From NCBI GenBank assembly GCA_038043445.1, contig JBBTBY010000072.1, forward strand, positions 29,887 to 93,886: a DNA stretch of 64,000 bases. Direction: 5' to 3'. Positions 52,994-61,619 of the stretch are shown piece by piece. Below the pieces are notes generated by a model, which was not told the origin of the DNA, made no database searches, and worked only from the letters and a program-made list of their open reading frames with translations. The translations under genes were made by a program, and so were the position numbers. The DNA is from Spirochaetota bacterium (GTDB lineage Bacteria; Spirochaetota; Brachyspiria; Brachyspirales; JACRPF01). Positions within the stretch are counted from its first letter, which is position 1, and every line of letters starts with the position of its first letter.

Positions 52994-53095
52994 TGCGGGC
53001 TCCTTTGTCGCTGCGGGAAGTATATACTATGTCAGTATACTTTCAATATATATGCCGATTTTTGCGCGCGTTTGGAACACACGGCATGATAGTCT

Positions 53096-53752
53096 TCACT
53101 TTATCGCGAATACCCAGAACTGCCCTTTCGCCATCATAAAACCGCAGGGGCTGAAGCCGTCGCTTACGCGGCCGGCCATATCCTTCTCGAGCGCAGCGGC
53201 CGTCTTGTACGCGGGCATTTCATACTCATCGATGATCGGCTCCGCCCACTTCACGAACAATACTGCGGCGACACCCTCGGATTCAAGTGTGAAGCCGATC
53301 GGACAATAGCCTTTGCCTTCATAATCGTCGACAAGATTATCGAACGTCGAGCCGAGTTTTGCAGACAGAACGATCGCCTCGGTCACCGGCTCCTCGAAAC
53401 GCACATAGAGCACGAAACATTGCGTCGCCGACCACGCGATATCGCACGGCGTATTCCCTTTCTTGATCTCGGCGCCGATGGCGGCGACGGCTTCGGCCGA
53501 ATTCCTGTAGGTGCCGATATGCCATGCCTTGGCTTCCTTATCGGGATCGATGTCGAAGAGCACATACAGCGTTTTCGCCGTACCCTGCACTGCAAGCTCA
53601 ATGCCCACCGGCGCATAGCCCTGTGTCACCATAGCATCGATCTCATCTTTTATCTTCTGCTTGCCGGGCGTGTACTGCTTCATGACGACCGGCGCGGCCG
53701 ATATGCCGACAGCGAATGCCGCGAGTACCGCAAGGAACCGATATGCACGCAT
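53096..53752 (-). CDS. secreted protein built from four divergent ~45-aa repeats (G-[YFN]-x-P-[VCI]-[GD]-[IF] motif); function unknown
   Basis: Signal peptide MRAYRFLAVLAAFAVGISA. Repeat cores TQGYAPVGIELAVQG, KKGNTPCDIAWSATQ, GKGYCPIGFTLESEG and SDGFSPCGFMMAKGQ are each followed by a hydrophobic strand (LYVLF, FVLYV, AVLFV, FWVFA). Confidence 0.55.
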   Translation of the reverse strand: MRAYRFLAVLAAFAVGISAAPVVMKQYTPGKQKIKDEIDAMVTQGYAPVGIELAVQGTAKTLYVLFDIDPDKEAKAWHIGTYRNSAEAVAAIGAEIKKGNTPCDIAWSATQCFVLYVRFEEPVTEAIVLSAKLGSTFDNLVDDYEGKGYCPIGFTLESEGVAAVLFVKWAEPIIDEYEMPAYKTAAALEKDMAGRVSDGFSPCGFMMAKGQFWVFAIK

Positions 53753-53791
53753 GGAATACTCCCGCCGCCGTTCGCGGCCAGATATCTTGTT

Positions 53792-53820
53792 CGTACCGTG
53801 CGCTCAGTATAATCAATCGG
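53792..53820 (+). promoter_or_regulatory. putative promoter of the NRPS gene (perfect -10, poor -35)
   Basis: TATAAT at 53815-53820. The best -35 candidate is cTTGtt around 53793-53798. Confidence 0.3.
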
Positions 53821-53866
53821 CATGACAATGCAAGTCAGATATCCTCTCTGCTGAGAATAGGCCCCG

Positions 53867-56800
53867 ATGGCTGGCAAAAATCATGTTTCCATCGTACAGT
53901 ACCGGGAACTAACTGGAAATATCGATCGTCATACCGGAAGCCGTATGGATGCACTATCATTCCTTGCAAACCCCGTCCCATCGCTTCTCGGCGAAGGCTC
54001 GCTCGTCGGGCTTTTTGACGACAGCGCGCGGCGCCACCCGGAGAACATAGCCGTCGATCATGACGGCGCGCAGATAACCTACGATGCCCTTTCTGCGAGC
54101 GCTTCCCGATTCGCAGGCCATCTCACGCAACGCGGTATCGGCAAAGGCGACCGCGTCGCGATACTCATGCGCAAGTCGCTCGGGCTCTACGCATCCATCA
54201 TCGGCGTTCTTCGTACGGGCGCGTCCTACGTCCCTCTCGACCCCGAATATCCTGCCGACCGCATCGCCTTCGTGCTCGATGATTCGCGCGCGAAGTGCAT
54301 CGTAACGGCGGCTGAATTCCGGGGCATGCTTTCAGGAAAGACACCGGCGATATGCATCGACGATGATGAAGCCGCTATCCGCGGACATGAACCGCTCTTT
54401 CGCGCATCACCCGCCGCTCCCGATGACGAAGCGTATGTCATCTATACCTCGGGCAGCACCGGCAGGCCCAAGGGCGTCATGGTATCGCACGCGAACGCGC
54501 GGCATCTCGTCATAGCCGAACAGACGATGTATCGTGTGCAGAAGAACGATCGCGTACTGCAGGGGTTCTCCATCGCATTCGACGCTTCCATCGAGGAGAT
54601 ATGGGTGACATTCCATGCTGCGGCAACGCTCGTTGTCGGCACCGAGCGCATCATGCGCGGCGGACCGGAAACACGGGAGATGCTCTCTGCACGCCATATC
54701 ACCGTGCTCTCCTGCGTGCCGTCATTTCTCACGATGTTCGAGGACAGTGTGCCATCGGTACGCATGCTCATCGTCGGCGGCGAGGCATGCCGCGAACAGC
54801 ATGTAGCCGCATGGTTCTCACCCGGACGCGTCATCTATAATACGTACGGACCGACCGAAGCCACCGTCGTTGCGACGATAAGCAGGATGCATCCCGGAAA
54901 AGCGGTGACGATAGGACGCCCCATCCCCAACTACACATGCTCCATCATGAATGCCGCACAGGAGCTGCTCCCGCGCGGTGAAAGCGGCGAGCTCGTGCTC
55001 GGCGGCGCCGGGGTGACAAAAGGATACGTGGGCCGAGACGACCTTACCCGCGAACGATACATCGAGAACCGACACACCGCCGTTACCGGCGACACGAGCC
55101 CCCGATTGTACCGCACCGGCGACCGTGCGCGTATCAACGAGCAGGGGGAGATCGAATTCCTCGGGCGTACCGATTCGCAGATAAAGATACGCGGCTTCCG
55201 TATCGAAGTGAGCGAGATAGAATCGGTGCTCGTCGAGGTCACCGGCGCACGGAACGCCGTCGTCGTCGCACGTCGGGAAAAGGAGAACCACTTCCTCTGC
55301 GGGTATGTGGAATCGGATACCGCATTCGATGAACGATCGGCGATTGCCAGGCTCAGGGAAAAGCTCCCCGCATACATGGTCCCGGCATCCATCGATGCGC
55401 TCGCCGAATTCCCGCGGCTCCCGAGCGGCAAGATCGATACGGGGCGTCTCCCCGCACGCACGATATCCCCGGCGAAGACCGACCTCAACGACCCCGTAAA
55501 GAACCATATCTATCACCTCTGGTGCGAACTCTGCGGGACGACGGCGATCGGCGAGAACGATGATTTCTTCACCGCGCTCGGCGGTCATTCGCTCCTTGCG
55601 GCGCGATTCGTTTCACGCATGCGCACCGATGCGCGGTTCTCGCGGCTCTCCATGCGCGATCTCTACGACCACCCCTCGATCGCATCGCTTGCAGGACTTC
55701 TCGCGAACGCCGCCCCGGAATCAGCACGGCAGCGCGCGTTCAGACCGATACCGCAGTGGCGGCATACGATAAGCGGCATCGCCCAGGCGCTCATGCTCTT
55801 TATCGTCATCGGGTTCTATTCCCTGCAATGGGCGACACCGTTCGTCGTATACAGTTACTTTCACGCATATGAATACGAACAGCTCTACTCGGTCATCGCA
55901 GCTGTCGCGGCGCTCTGTCTCGTCTACCCCACCATGCTCATCATCGCAGTGCTGCTCAAATGGATAGTGCTCGGCCGGGTCCGGGAAGGCGATCACCCCC
56001 TCTGGGGCGCGTATTATCTGCGATGGACGTTCGTGCATCACATGCTCGGCTGTCTCCCGCTGCAATTCCTCTCCGGCACACCGCTCATGAACGCGTATCT
56101 CCGCGCATTAGGTGCACACATCGGTGCACGCACCCACATCGATTCCGATCTCGTCGGCGGACTCGATATGATATCCGTCGGCGCGGACACGGTCATCAAT
56201 GCCGATGCGAACATCTCCTGCCACGCGGTAGAGAACGGGCTCCTCAAGATACGTTCGATACGGATCGGGAACGATGTCTGCATCGGCGCGCGCGCGGTCG
56301 TGGCGCAGGATACCGTCATCGGATCCAATGTTCTGGTCGATGAGCTCACCGCTATCGCACCGGGGATGCGCCTCTCGGACGATACACGCTGGGGCGGATC
56401 GCCTGCGGCATGCATCGGGGGACGGGCGTCCGCGGGGGCGCCCTCCGCCGTACCGCCGGTGAGGAACGCACTGGTGACCATGTTCTTTGCGGCATGCTTC
56501 TTCATTCTTCCGACGCTCGGTCTTCTCCCGGTGTTCCCGGGCGTCATGCTCATGTACAACATCGACTATGCGAGCGAGAATTATTTCTACCTCATTGTCG
56601 CCCCGCTCGTCGGCGCATCGTTCGTCCTTTTCTCCGCGATCATGATAGTCGCCGTGAAATGGCTCGTGCTCGGGAAACTGCGGGAGGGGTCCTATCCCCT
56701 GCGGAGCGTTTTCTATGTCCGCAAATGGCTCTTCGATAAATTCATGGAGATAAGCCTCGGCACGCTCGGCACGCTCTATGCCACGCTCGCCGTGCTCCCC

Positions 56801-57871
56801 TGGTATCGTGCGCTCGGCGTATCGCTCGGCAAACGCGCGGAAGTGTCGACCGCGTCGTTCATACTGCCGGACCTGCTCGAGATCGGACAGGAAAGTTTCA
56901 TCGCCGACGGCGTAGGGCTCGGTGCGGCGCGCATCGAAGCGGGGCGCATCATCCTCAAGCGGACGAAGCTCGGCAGCCGAACGTTCATCGGCAACAGTGC
57001 GTTCATCCCGAACGGCACGGTCATCGACGATAATTGCCTCATCGGATGCCAGACCATACCGCGCGATGCGTCGGTACCGTCGGGCACGGCCTGGGTAGGT
57101 CATCCGGCCATGTATCTCCCGCGGCGCGCGAGCGGCACCGGATTCGCGGAGGAAACGACATACACCCCGAGTATAAAGCTCTATCGCAGGCGGCTTGCCA
57201 TCGAACTCCTCCGCATCATACTCCCCTCGACGGCGTTCATCGTCTTCACATCGCTCCTTCTCTCATTGTTCATCATCATCGAAGATCACGTACCGATGTG
57301 GCAGGCGCTCCTGGCATTCCCGCTCATCTACTGCGTGCTCGGCACCGCCGCCATCGCCGTCACGGCGCTCCTCAAACGCATCGTTATCGGGCGCTACGAA
57401 CGGGGGGAACATCCGCTCTGGAGCACCTTCGTCTGGAAGACCGAATTCATGACGGGTTTCATCGAGAATTTCACCAACCCGGTGTTCGCATCGCATCTCA
57501 GGGGCACGGTGTTCCTGCCATGGTATTTCCGCCTGCTCGGGATGAAGATCGGCAAGCGCGCGGCGATGCATACCATGGATATCACCGAATTCGATCTTGT
57601 CACGCTCGGCGACGATGTAGCGCTCAACGACGACTGTACGATACAGACGCATCTCTTCGAGGACCGTGTCATGAAGCTCGGGACCATACGCATCGGGTCG
57701 CGGGTCTCCGTGGGAAGCGACACCCTGGTGCTCTACGACACCGAACTCGAAGACGATGTATCGGTCGGCGATCTTTCGCTCGTCATGAAAGGAGAGCACC
57801 TCTACGCACGGGAGTCATGGGCCGGATCACCGGTAACACCGACGGTACGCCCCGGCGAAAAGCAGGTATGA
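53867..57871 (+). CDS. Pls/PosA-family single-module non-ribosomal peptide synthetase (A-PCP plus three [2 TM + hexapeptide-repeat] C-terminal modules); epsilon-poly-L-lysine-synthetase-like
   Basis: Adenylation core motifs YTSGSTGRPKGV, NTYGPTE, YRTGDRAR, GRTDSQIKIRGFRIEVSEIE and PSGKID. PCP motif FFTALGGHSLLA. These are followed by three repeats of two TM helices + KW(I/L)V(L/I)G(R/K)xxEG(D/S/E)(H/Y)PLW + a left-handed beta-helix hexapeptide segment. No C or TE domain. Alternative start at ATG 53945 (MDALSF). Confidence 0.85.
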   Translation: MAGKNHVSIVQYRELTGNIDRHTGSRMDALSFLANPVPSLLGEGSLVGLFDDSARRHPENIAVDHDGAQITYDALSASASRFAGHLTQRGIGKGDRVAILMRKSLGLYASIIGVLRTGASYVPLDPEYPADRIAFVLDDSRAKCIVTAAEFRGMLSGKTPAICIDDDEAAIRGHEPLFRASPAAPDDEAYVIYTSGSTGRPKGVMVSHANARHLVIAEQTMYRVQKNDRVLQGFSIAFDASIEEIWVTFHAAATLVVGTERIMRGGPETREMLSARHITVLSCVPSFLTMFEDSVPSVRMLIVGGEACREQHVAAWFSPGRVIYNTYGPTEATVVATISRMHPGKAVTIGRPIPNYTCSIMNAAQELLPRGESGELVLGGAGVTKGYVGRDDLTRERYIENRHTAVTGDTSPRLYRTGDRARINEQGEIEFLGRTDSQIKIRGFRIEVSEIESVLVEVTGARNAVVVARREKENHFLCGYVESDTAFDERSAIARLREKLPAYMVPASIDALAEFPRLPSGKIDTGRLPARTISPAKTDLNDPVKNHIYHLWCELCGTTAIGENDDFFTALGGHSLLAARFVSRMRTDARFSRLSMRDLYDHPSIASLAGLLANAAPESARQRAFRPIPQWRHTISGIAQALMLFIVIGFYSLQWATPFVVYSYFHAYEYEQLYSVIAAVAALCLVYPTMLIIAVLLKWIVLGRVREGDHPLWGAYYLRWTFVHHMLGCLPLQFLSGTPLMNAYLRALGAHIGARTHIDSDLVGGLDMISVGADTVINADANISCHAVENGLLKIRSIRIGNDVCIGARAVVAQDTVIGSNVLVDELTAIAPGMRLSDDTRWGGSPAACIGGRASAGAPSAVPPVRNALVTMFFAACFFILPTLGLLPVFPGVMLMYNIDYASENYFYLIVAPLVGASFVLFSAIMIVAVKWLVLGKLREGSYPLRSVFYVRKWLFDKFMEISLGTLGTLYATLAVLPWYRALGVSLGKRAEVSTASFILPDLLEIGQESFIADGVGLGAARIEAGRIILKRTKLGSRTFIGNSAFIPNGTVIDDNCLIGCQTIPRDASVPSGTAWVGHPAMYLPRRASGTGFAEETTYTPSIKLYRRRLAIELLRIILPSTAFIVFTSLLLSLFIIIEDHVPMWQALLAFPLIYCVLGTAAIAVTALLKRIVIGRYERGEHPLWSTFVWKTEFMTGFIENFTNPVFASHLRGTVFLPWYFRLLGMKIGKRAAMHTMDITEFDLVTLGDDVALNDDCTIQTHLFEDRVMKLGTIRIGSRVSVGSDTLVLYDTELEDDVSVGDLSLVMKGEHLYARESWAGSPVTPTVRPGEKQV

Positions 57872-57889
57872 CGATAGATACATCCGCGC

Positions 57890-57947
57890 ATGATCCAAAA
57901 TGATCCATAAATGATTCATTGACAACATGCTCGCTGCGATATATAGT
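57890..57947 (+). promoter_or_regulatory. Rrf2-gene promoter preceded by three phased direct repeats ATGATYCA
   Basis: ATGATCCA (57890-57897), ATGATCCA (57900-57907) and ATGATTCA (57911-57918), spaced 10 and 11 nt. Immediately followed by TTGACA (57919-57924), a 17-nt spacer and TATAGT (57942-57947). GGAGG SD precedes ATG 57992. Confidence 0.5.
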
Positions 57948-57991
57948 ATCGCCGGAATCGAAAATGACTACCGGGTGGAAGGAGGCAATAC

Positions 57992-58438
57992 ATGAAAGTG
58001 TCCACCATCGGCAGATACGCCACGTGCGCGCTCATCTGCCTTGCAGAACGATACGGCAAAGGACCGACGTCGCTCTCGAAAATAGCGAATGAGCAGCAGA
58101 TATCGGTGAAGTACCTTGAGAACATCATGCGCATTTTCATAAGCCACGGGGTGGTCGCAACGACCAAGGGCGCGCATGGCGGTTTCACCCTCACAAAGAA
58201 CCCGCGCACCGTACGCATGGGGGATGTGATAACCCTCGCCGAAGGCGTGGTGCTCCCCATTCACTGCATGGAGGACAGCGATCTCTGTCCGCGGCGGGGC
58301 ACCTGTCCTGCGAAATACATGTGGAGGGACCTGCAGAACGGCATCATCGACAGCCTCAACAGGAATACGCTTTATTCTCTCGCGCAGCAGAAAAAGAAGC
58401 TTGCGCAGGAAAAACCGAAGCGCAGACAGAGCGCATAA
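57992..58438 (+). CDS. Rrf2-family transcriptional regulator (IscR/NsrR-like, probable Fe-S cluster ligands)
   Basis: MKVSTIGRYATCALICLAE...ISVKYLENIMRIF wHTH. Cys cluster HCMEDSDLCPRRGTCPAKYMW (C-x6-C-x5-C). Confidence 0.85.
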   Translation: MKVSTIGRYATCALICLAERYGKGPTSLSKIANEQQISVKYLENIMRIFISHGVVATTKGAHGGFTLTKNPRTVRMGDVITLAEGVVLPIHCMEDSDLCPRRGTCPAKYMWRDLQNGIIDSLNRNTLYSLAQQKKKLAQEKPKRRQSA

Positions 58439-58458
58439 CAGGCGGCATCCGTCCACCG

Positions 58459-59241
58459 CTATTGCCCATCCCCCAAGTCCAGTTCGTTCGCATCTTCCGC
58501 CGGGGCGACACCCGAATTCGAATCGCATTCTGCGTGGTAATCGCAATACGCGCATGACTTCCCTGCATTGGGATCGTACACCGTATCATGCTCTATCTCT
58601 TCGACAAGTTCGCATATCATATCATGGATGCGCGCTATCTTTTCGTGCGTGAATTCGACCGTATCGCAGCAGTCCTCACCGAGATGATAATACACCCCGG
58701 TCTCGACCGGGCGCTCTTTACTGTTCAGGAGGAGCGCATATACCTTAAGCTGCATCGTATGGCGTTCGCGGTCCTTCCCTTCCAGCTCCTTGAAACGGTT
58801 CGTCTTATAATCGATGATGGAGAGCGCGCCCGAGGGCGATATATCGACGCGGTCGACGCGGCCGTAGAGAATGAAACCGTTAAACCGGTTCTCCATGTGC
58901 TTTTCCATGATATACGGCTTCACCGCGCCGAAACGGCGGTGGAAGTTCGCGAGCATGCGAAGCCCCTCCTCGCCGAATTCCTTCTCCTTCTCGCGCGAGT
59001 CGAAGAATTCCCTTGCGGAGCTCCGCTTCCATATCGAACGGAAATCGGCATGGAGCGCATCGAGCGTACGCGCCTCGGCGTTCAAACGGTAGAATTCCTT
59101 GCAGGCTAGATGCACATTGCCGCCGAGTATATTGTACGGCGTAACGGCCATCGGCGTTCTTTTTTCCTTGATGTAGCGGTGATAGTACTTGCGCGGACAG
59201 GCGAGATACATGGCAAGCCGGTATTCGCTGTAGCGTATCAT
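58459..59241 (-). CDS. Cas4/RecB-like PD-(D/E)XK nuclease with 4-Cys (Fe-S) signature
   Basis: N-terminal Cys (YLACPRKYY). GRVDRVD...IIDYKT (D...D-x-K core). QLKVYALL (QxxxY). C-terminal CAYCDYHAEC (C-x2-C-x5-C). Confidence 0.7.
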   Translation of the reverse strand: MIRYSEYRLAMYLACPRKYYHRYIKEKRTPMAVTPYNILGGNVHLACKEFYRLNAEARTLDALHADFRSIWKRSSAREFFDSREKEKEFGEEGLRMLANFHRRFGAVKPYIMEKHMENRFNGFILYGRVDRVDISPSGALSIIDYKTNRFKELEGKDRERHTMQLKVYALLLNSKERPVETGVYYHLGEDCCDTVEFTHEKIARIHDMICELVEEIEHDTVYDPNAGKSCAYCDYHAECDSNSGVAPAEDANELDLGDGQ

Positions 59242-59248
59242 CGATGCC

Positions 59249-59998
59249 TCAGCGAAAGAGCGGAGGTATCACGGACAGTATTTCCGGCCCAAGGAACATT
59301 CGCCAATAATAAAGTATGGGACTTAATATCTTCCCTATGATACCGAACATCATGAGCAGTAATAGTATTAAAAAGCCTTTTGAATAGAACCGGTCGAACA
59401 GCATCTTGCCGCTGACCGGCAGGAAATATCTGAGCACCCAGCCGCCATCGAGCGGCGGTATCGGCAGCAGATTGAACACCATGAGTATCATATTGACGAT
59501 ATACGATGTATAGAATATCACGATAAGGGTGACATACGCTATGACCGCTGCCTGCGCCATGCCTTCCGGCACCATGCGGATGAGCGCAAATGCCGCCGGC
59601 GCATTCCCGCCGGACATCGACGGGAGCGTGAACGTGAGCAGTTTGAGCATGCCGAATGAAACGGCGATGAGCAGCAGGTTCGAAAGCGGCCCCGCGACCG
59701 ACACAACGGCCTGATGGCGCTCAGGGTGGCGGAAATTAAGCGGGTTTATCGGCACCGGCTTCATCCAACCGAACACCGGCAAGCGGAGGAATATCGCCAT
59801 GAGCGGGAGAATTATCGTTCCGAATATATCGATGTGTTTCAGCGGATTGAGCGTGAGCCGCCCCTCGGCTTGCGCTGTCCTGTCACCGAAGTACCGCGCG
59901 GCAAGCGCATGACCGAATTCATGGCAGGTCGCCGAAAAAATAAAGATGATAAAGAAGACGGAGCCATGTATTATTGTTGCAAGTATGTTCGCGATCAT
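59249..59998 (-). CDS. site-2 protease family (M50) membrane metalloprotease
   Basis: ATG 59998 (MIANILATII); the tool's longer ORF to 60178 would overlap nnr. HEFGHA zinc motif in the first TM region. Polytopic. Confidence 0.75.
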   Translation of the reverse strand: MIANILATIIHGSVFFIIFIFSATCHEFGHALAARYFGDRTAQAEGRLTLNPLKHIDIFGTIILPLMAIFLRLPVFGWMKPVPINPLNFRHPERHQAVVSVAGPLSNLLLIAVSFGMLKLLTFTLPSMSGGNAPAAFALIRMVPEGMAQAAVIAYVTLIVIFYTSYIVNMILMVFNLLPIPPLDGGWVLRYFLPVSGKMLFDRFYSKGFLILLLLMMFGIIGKILSPILYYWRMFLGPEILSVIPPLFR

Positions 59999-60047
59999 TG
60001 CTGAATTATACTCACTGAGGATCGATTTTGCAACACAACGTTTCTGC

Positions 60048-61619
60048 TCATTTGATGATCCGTGTTCGTATCGATCGAAGTGCATGCCCGACCGCCCGCG
60101 ATACATCCGACGGCTGAATCTCATCGGCCGAGCTTCGGGTGCGCATGATGCGGAACGCCTTTCCGTGCGCATATACACCGAGCGTCATTGCGTCATGCAT
60201 CGAGAACCCGCGCGCGAGAAGACCGGTGATGATGCCGGCGAGCACATCGCCCATGCCGGCTTTCCCCATTCCGTATTGAGGGCGCGCATGAACCGCTATG
60301 CCTGCATCGTCCGAGATGAACGTGACCGCGCTTTTAAGAACAACACCCGCCTTCGTACGTTCGCGGAATGCGGCGAGTTTATTGAACGCATCGCTCTGTA
60401 TCTCATCCGCCGGAATATCGACAAGGCGCGAAAATTCGTCGACATGCGGCGTCAGCACCGTCGATGATGACAGTTTCGGCATCAGCTCCTTGTTGCGCGA
60501 AATGAAATAGAGACCGTCCGCATCGACGACAAGCGGTCTGTCGATACGCGGCACGAGCGCATTGAGAAGATCGCCCGTCTCGGCATGACGGTCCACGCCG
60601 CAGCCGATGAGCACGGCACGCGCATGCTTCATCTCTTTTTCGATCTGCGGGATATGCGGTGCGGAAAAATGCCCGTCACCCTTCCGCCCTACCCCGACGG
60701 TAACGACTTCCGGCGGAAGACGCTTTCTTATATCGTCGCGAATGGCGTACGGCACGAGCAGACGAATATACCCGACGCCGAGGCGATAGACCGCACTTGC
60801 CGCCAGCACCGCTGCACCGGGATACTGTTCGCTCCCGGCGATGATACACACGGATGCCGATCGTTTGCTCGCAAAGGCATCATCGGGACAATTGATCTTG
60901 GAAAAGCCCCGAGCGGAGAGGAGCATCGGTGCGCCCGGCTTGCGGAGCCGCTCGCGGGGGAACATCGACGGGACTACGGACAGCCGCCCGATGAAGCGAG
61001 TATACGGCTCGAGAAAGAATATATCCTTGGGGGCGCCGACGGTTATCGTATGATCCGCCTTGACGCATACGCTGCCGCTGCCTATCGCCGGCAATCCGGA
61101 GGGTATATCGAGCGATATCCGTATCCCTTTCGATGCGTTCATCGCCTCAACCATACGCTTCGGCACGCCTTCGATATTCCTGTCAACGCCGGTACCGAAA
61201 AGCGCGTCGACCATCACTGCCGACGACAATATCCTTCGGCATGCATCATCGACAGAAGTTTCATCGATAAAAGCAGCATCGACGCCCTCGGAAGAAAGGA
61301 GCGATAGATTCGTACGCGCATCAGCGCTCAAATGTTCACGCGTACCAATGACAAGCACATCCGCTGCGACATCGCTTCGTACGAGAAGACGCGCGAGCGC
61401 AAGGCCGTCACCGCCGTTATTGCCGGTACCGCAGATGATGATCGATCGCCCACGGCGGGCATATCGTATGACATGGCGGAACATTCCCGCGGCAGCATGC
61501 TCCATGAGAAGCAGCGACGGCATACCGTCCGCGATGACGCTTCTGTCAAGCGCCTGCATATCGGCTATGGAAAGTATGTTCACCGCTTGCGCCAGGAGGG
61601 CGCTGCTGGCGGCGGCCAT
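60048..61619 (-). CDS. nnr: bifunctional NAD(P)H-hydrate epimerase / ADP-dependent NAD(P)H-hydrate dehydratase
   Basis: 523 aa. The N-terminal YjeF_N part carries GTGNNGGDG. The C-terminal carbohydrate-kinase part carries GGAGMGDVLAG-like GKAGMGDVLAGII. An alternative GTG start at 61583 would give a 4-nt GTGA overlap with the upstream stop instead of a 40-nt overlap. Confidence 0.85.
   Translation of the reverse strand: MAAASSALLAQAVNILSIADMQALDRSVIADGMPSLLLMEHAAAGMFRHVIRYARRGRSIIICGTGNNGGDGLALARLLVRSDVAADVLVIGTREHLSADARTNLSLLSSEGVDAAFIDETSVDDACRRILSSAVMVDALFGTGVDRNIEGVPKRMVEAMNASKGIRISLDIPSGLPAIGSGSVCVKADHTITVGAPKDIFFLEPYTRFIGRLSVVPSMFPRERLRKPGAPMLLSARGFSKINCPDDAFASKRSASVCIIAGSEQYPGAAVLAASAVYRLGVGYIRLLVPYAIRDDIRKRLPPEVVTVGVGRKGDGHFSAPHIPQIEKEMKHARAVLIGCGVDRHAETGDLLNALVPRIDRPLVVDADGLYFISRNKELMPKLSSSTVLTPHVDEFSRLVDIPADEIQSDAFNKLAAFRERTKAGVVLKSAVTFISDDAGIAVHARPQYGMGKAGMGDVLAGIITGLLARGFSMHDAMTLGVYAHGKAFRIMRTRSSADEIQPSDVSRAVGHALRSIRTRIIK

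Noticed and set aside
56108-57103. 331-aa minus-strand ORF, along with several 170-290-aa ORFs on both strands between 54.4 and 57.9 kb
   Set aside because: All lie inside the 1334-aa NRPS gene, whose reading frame is supported end to end by A, PCP and triple-repeat motifs.
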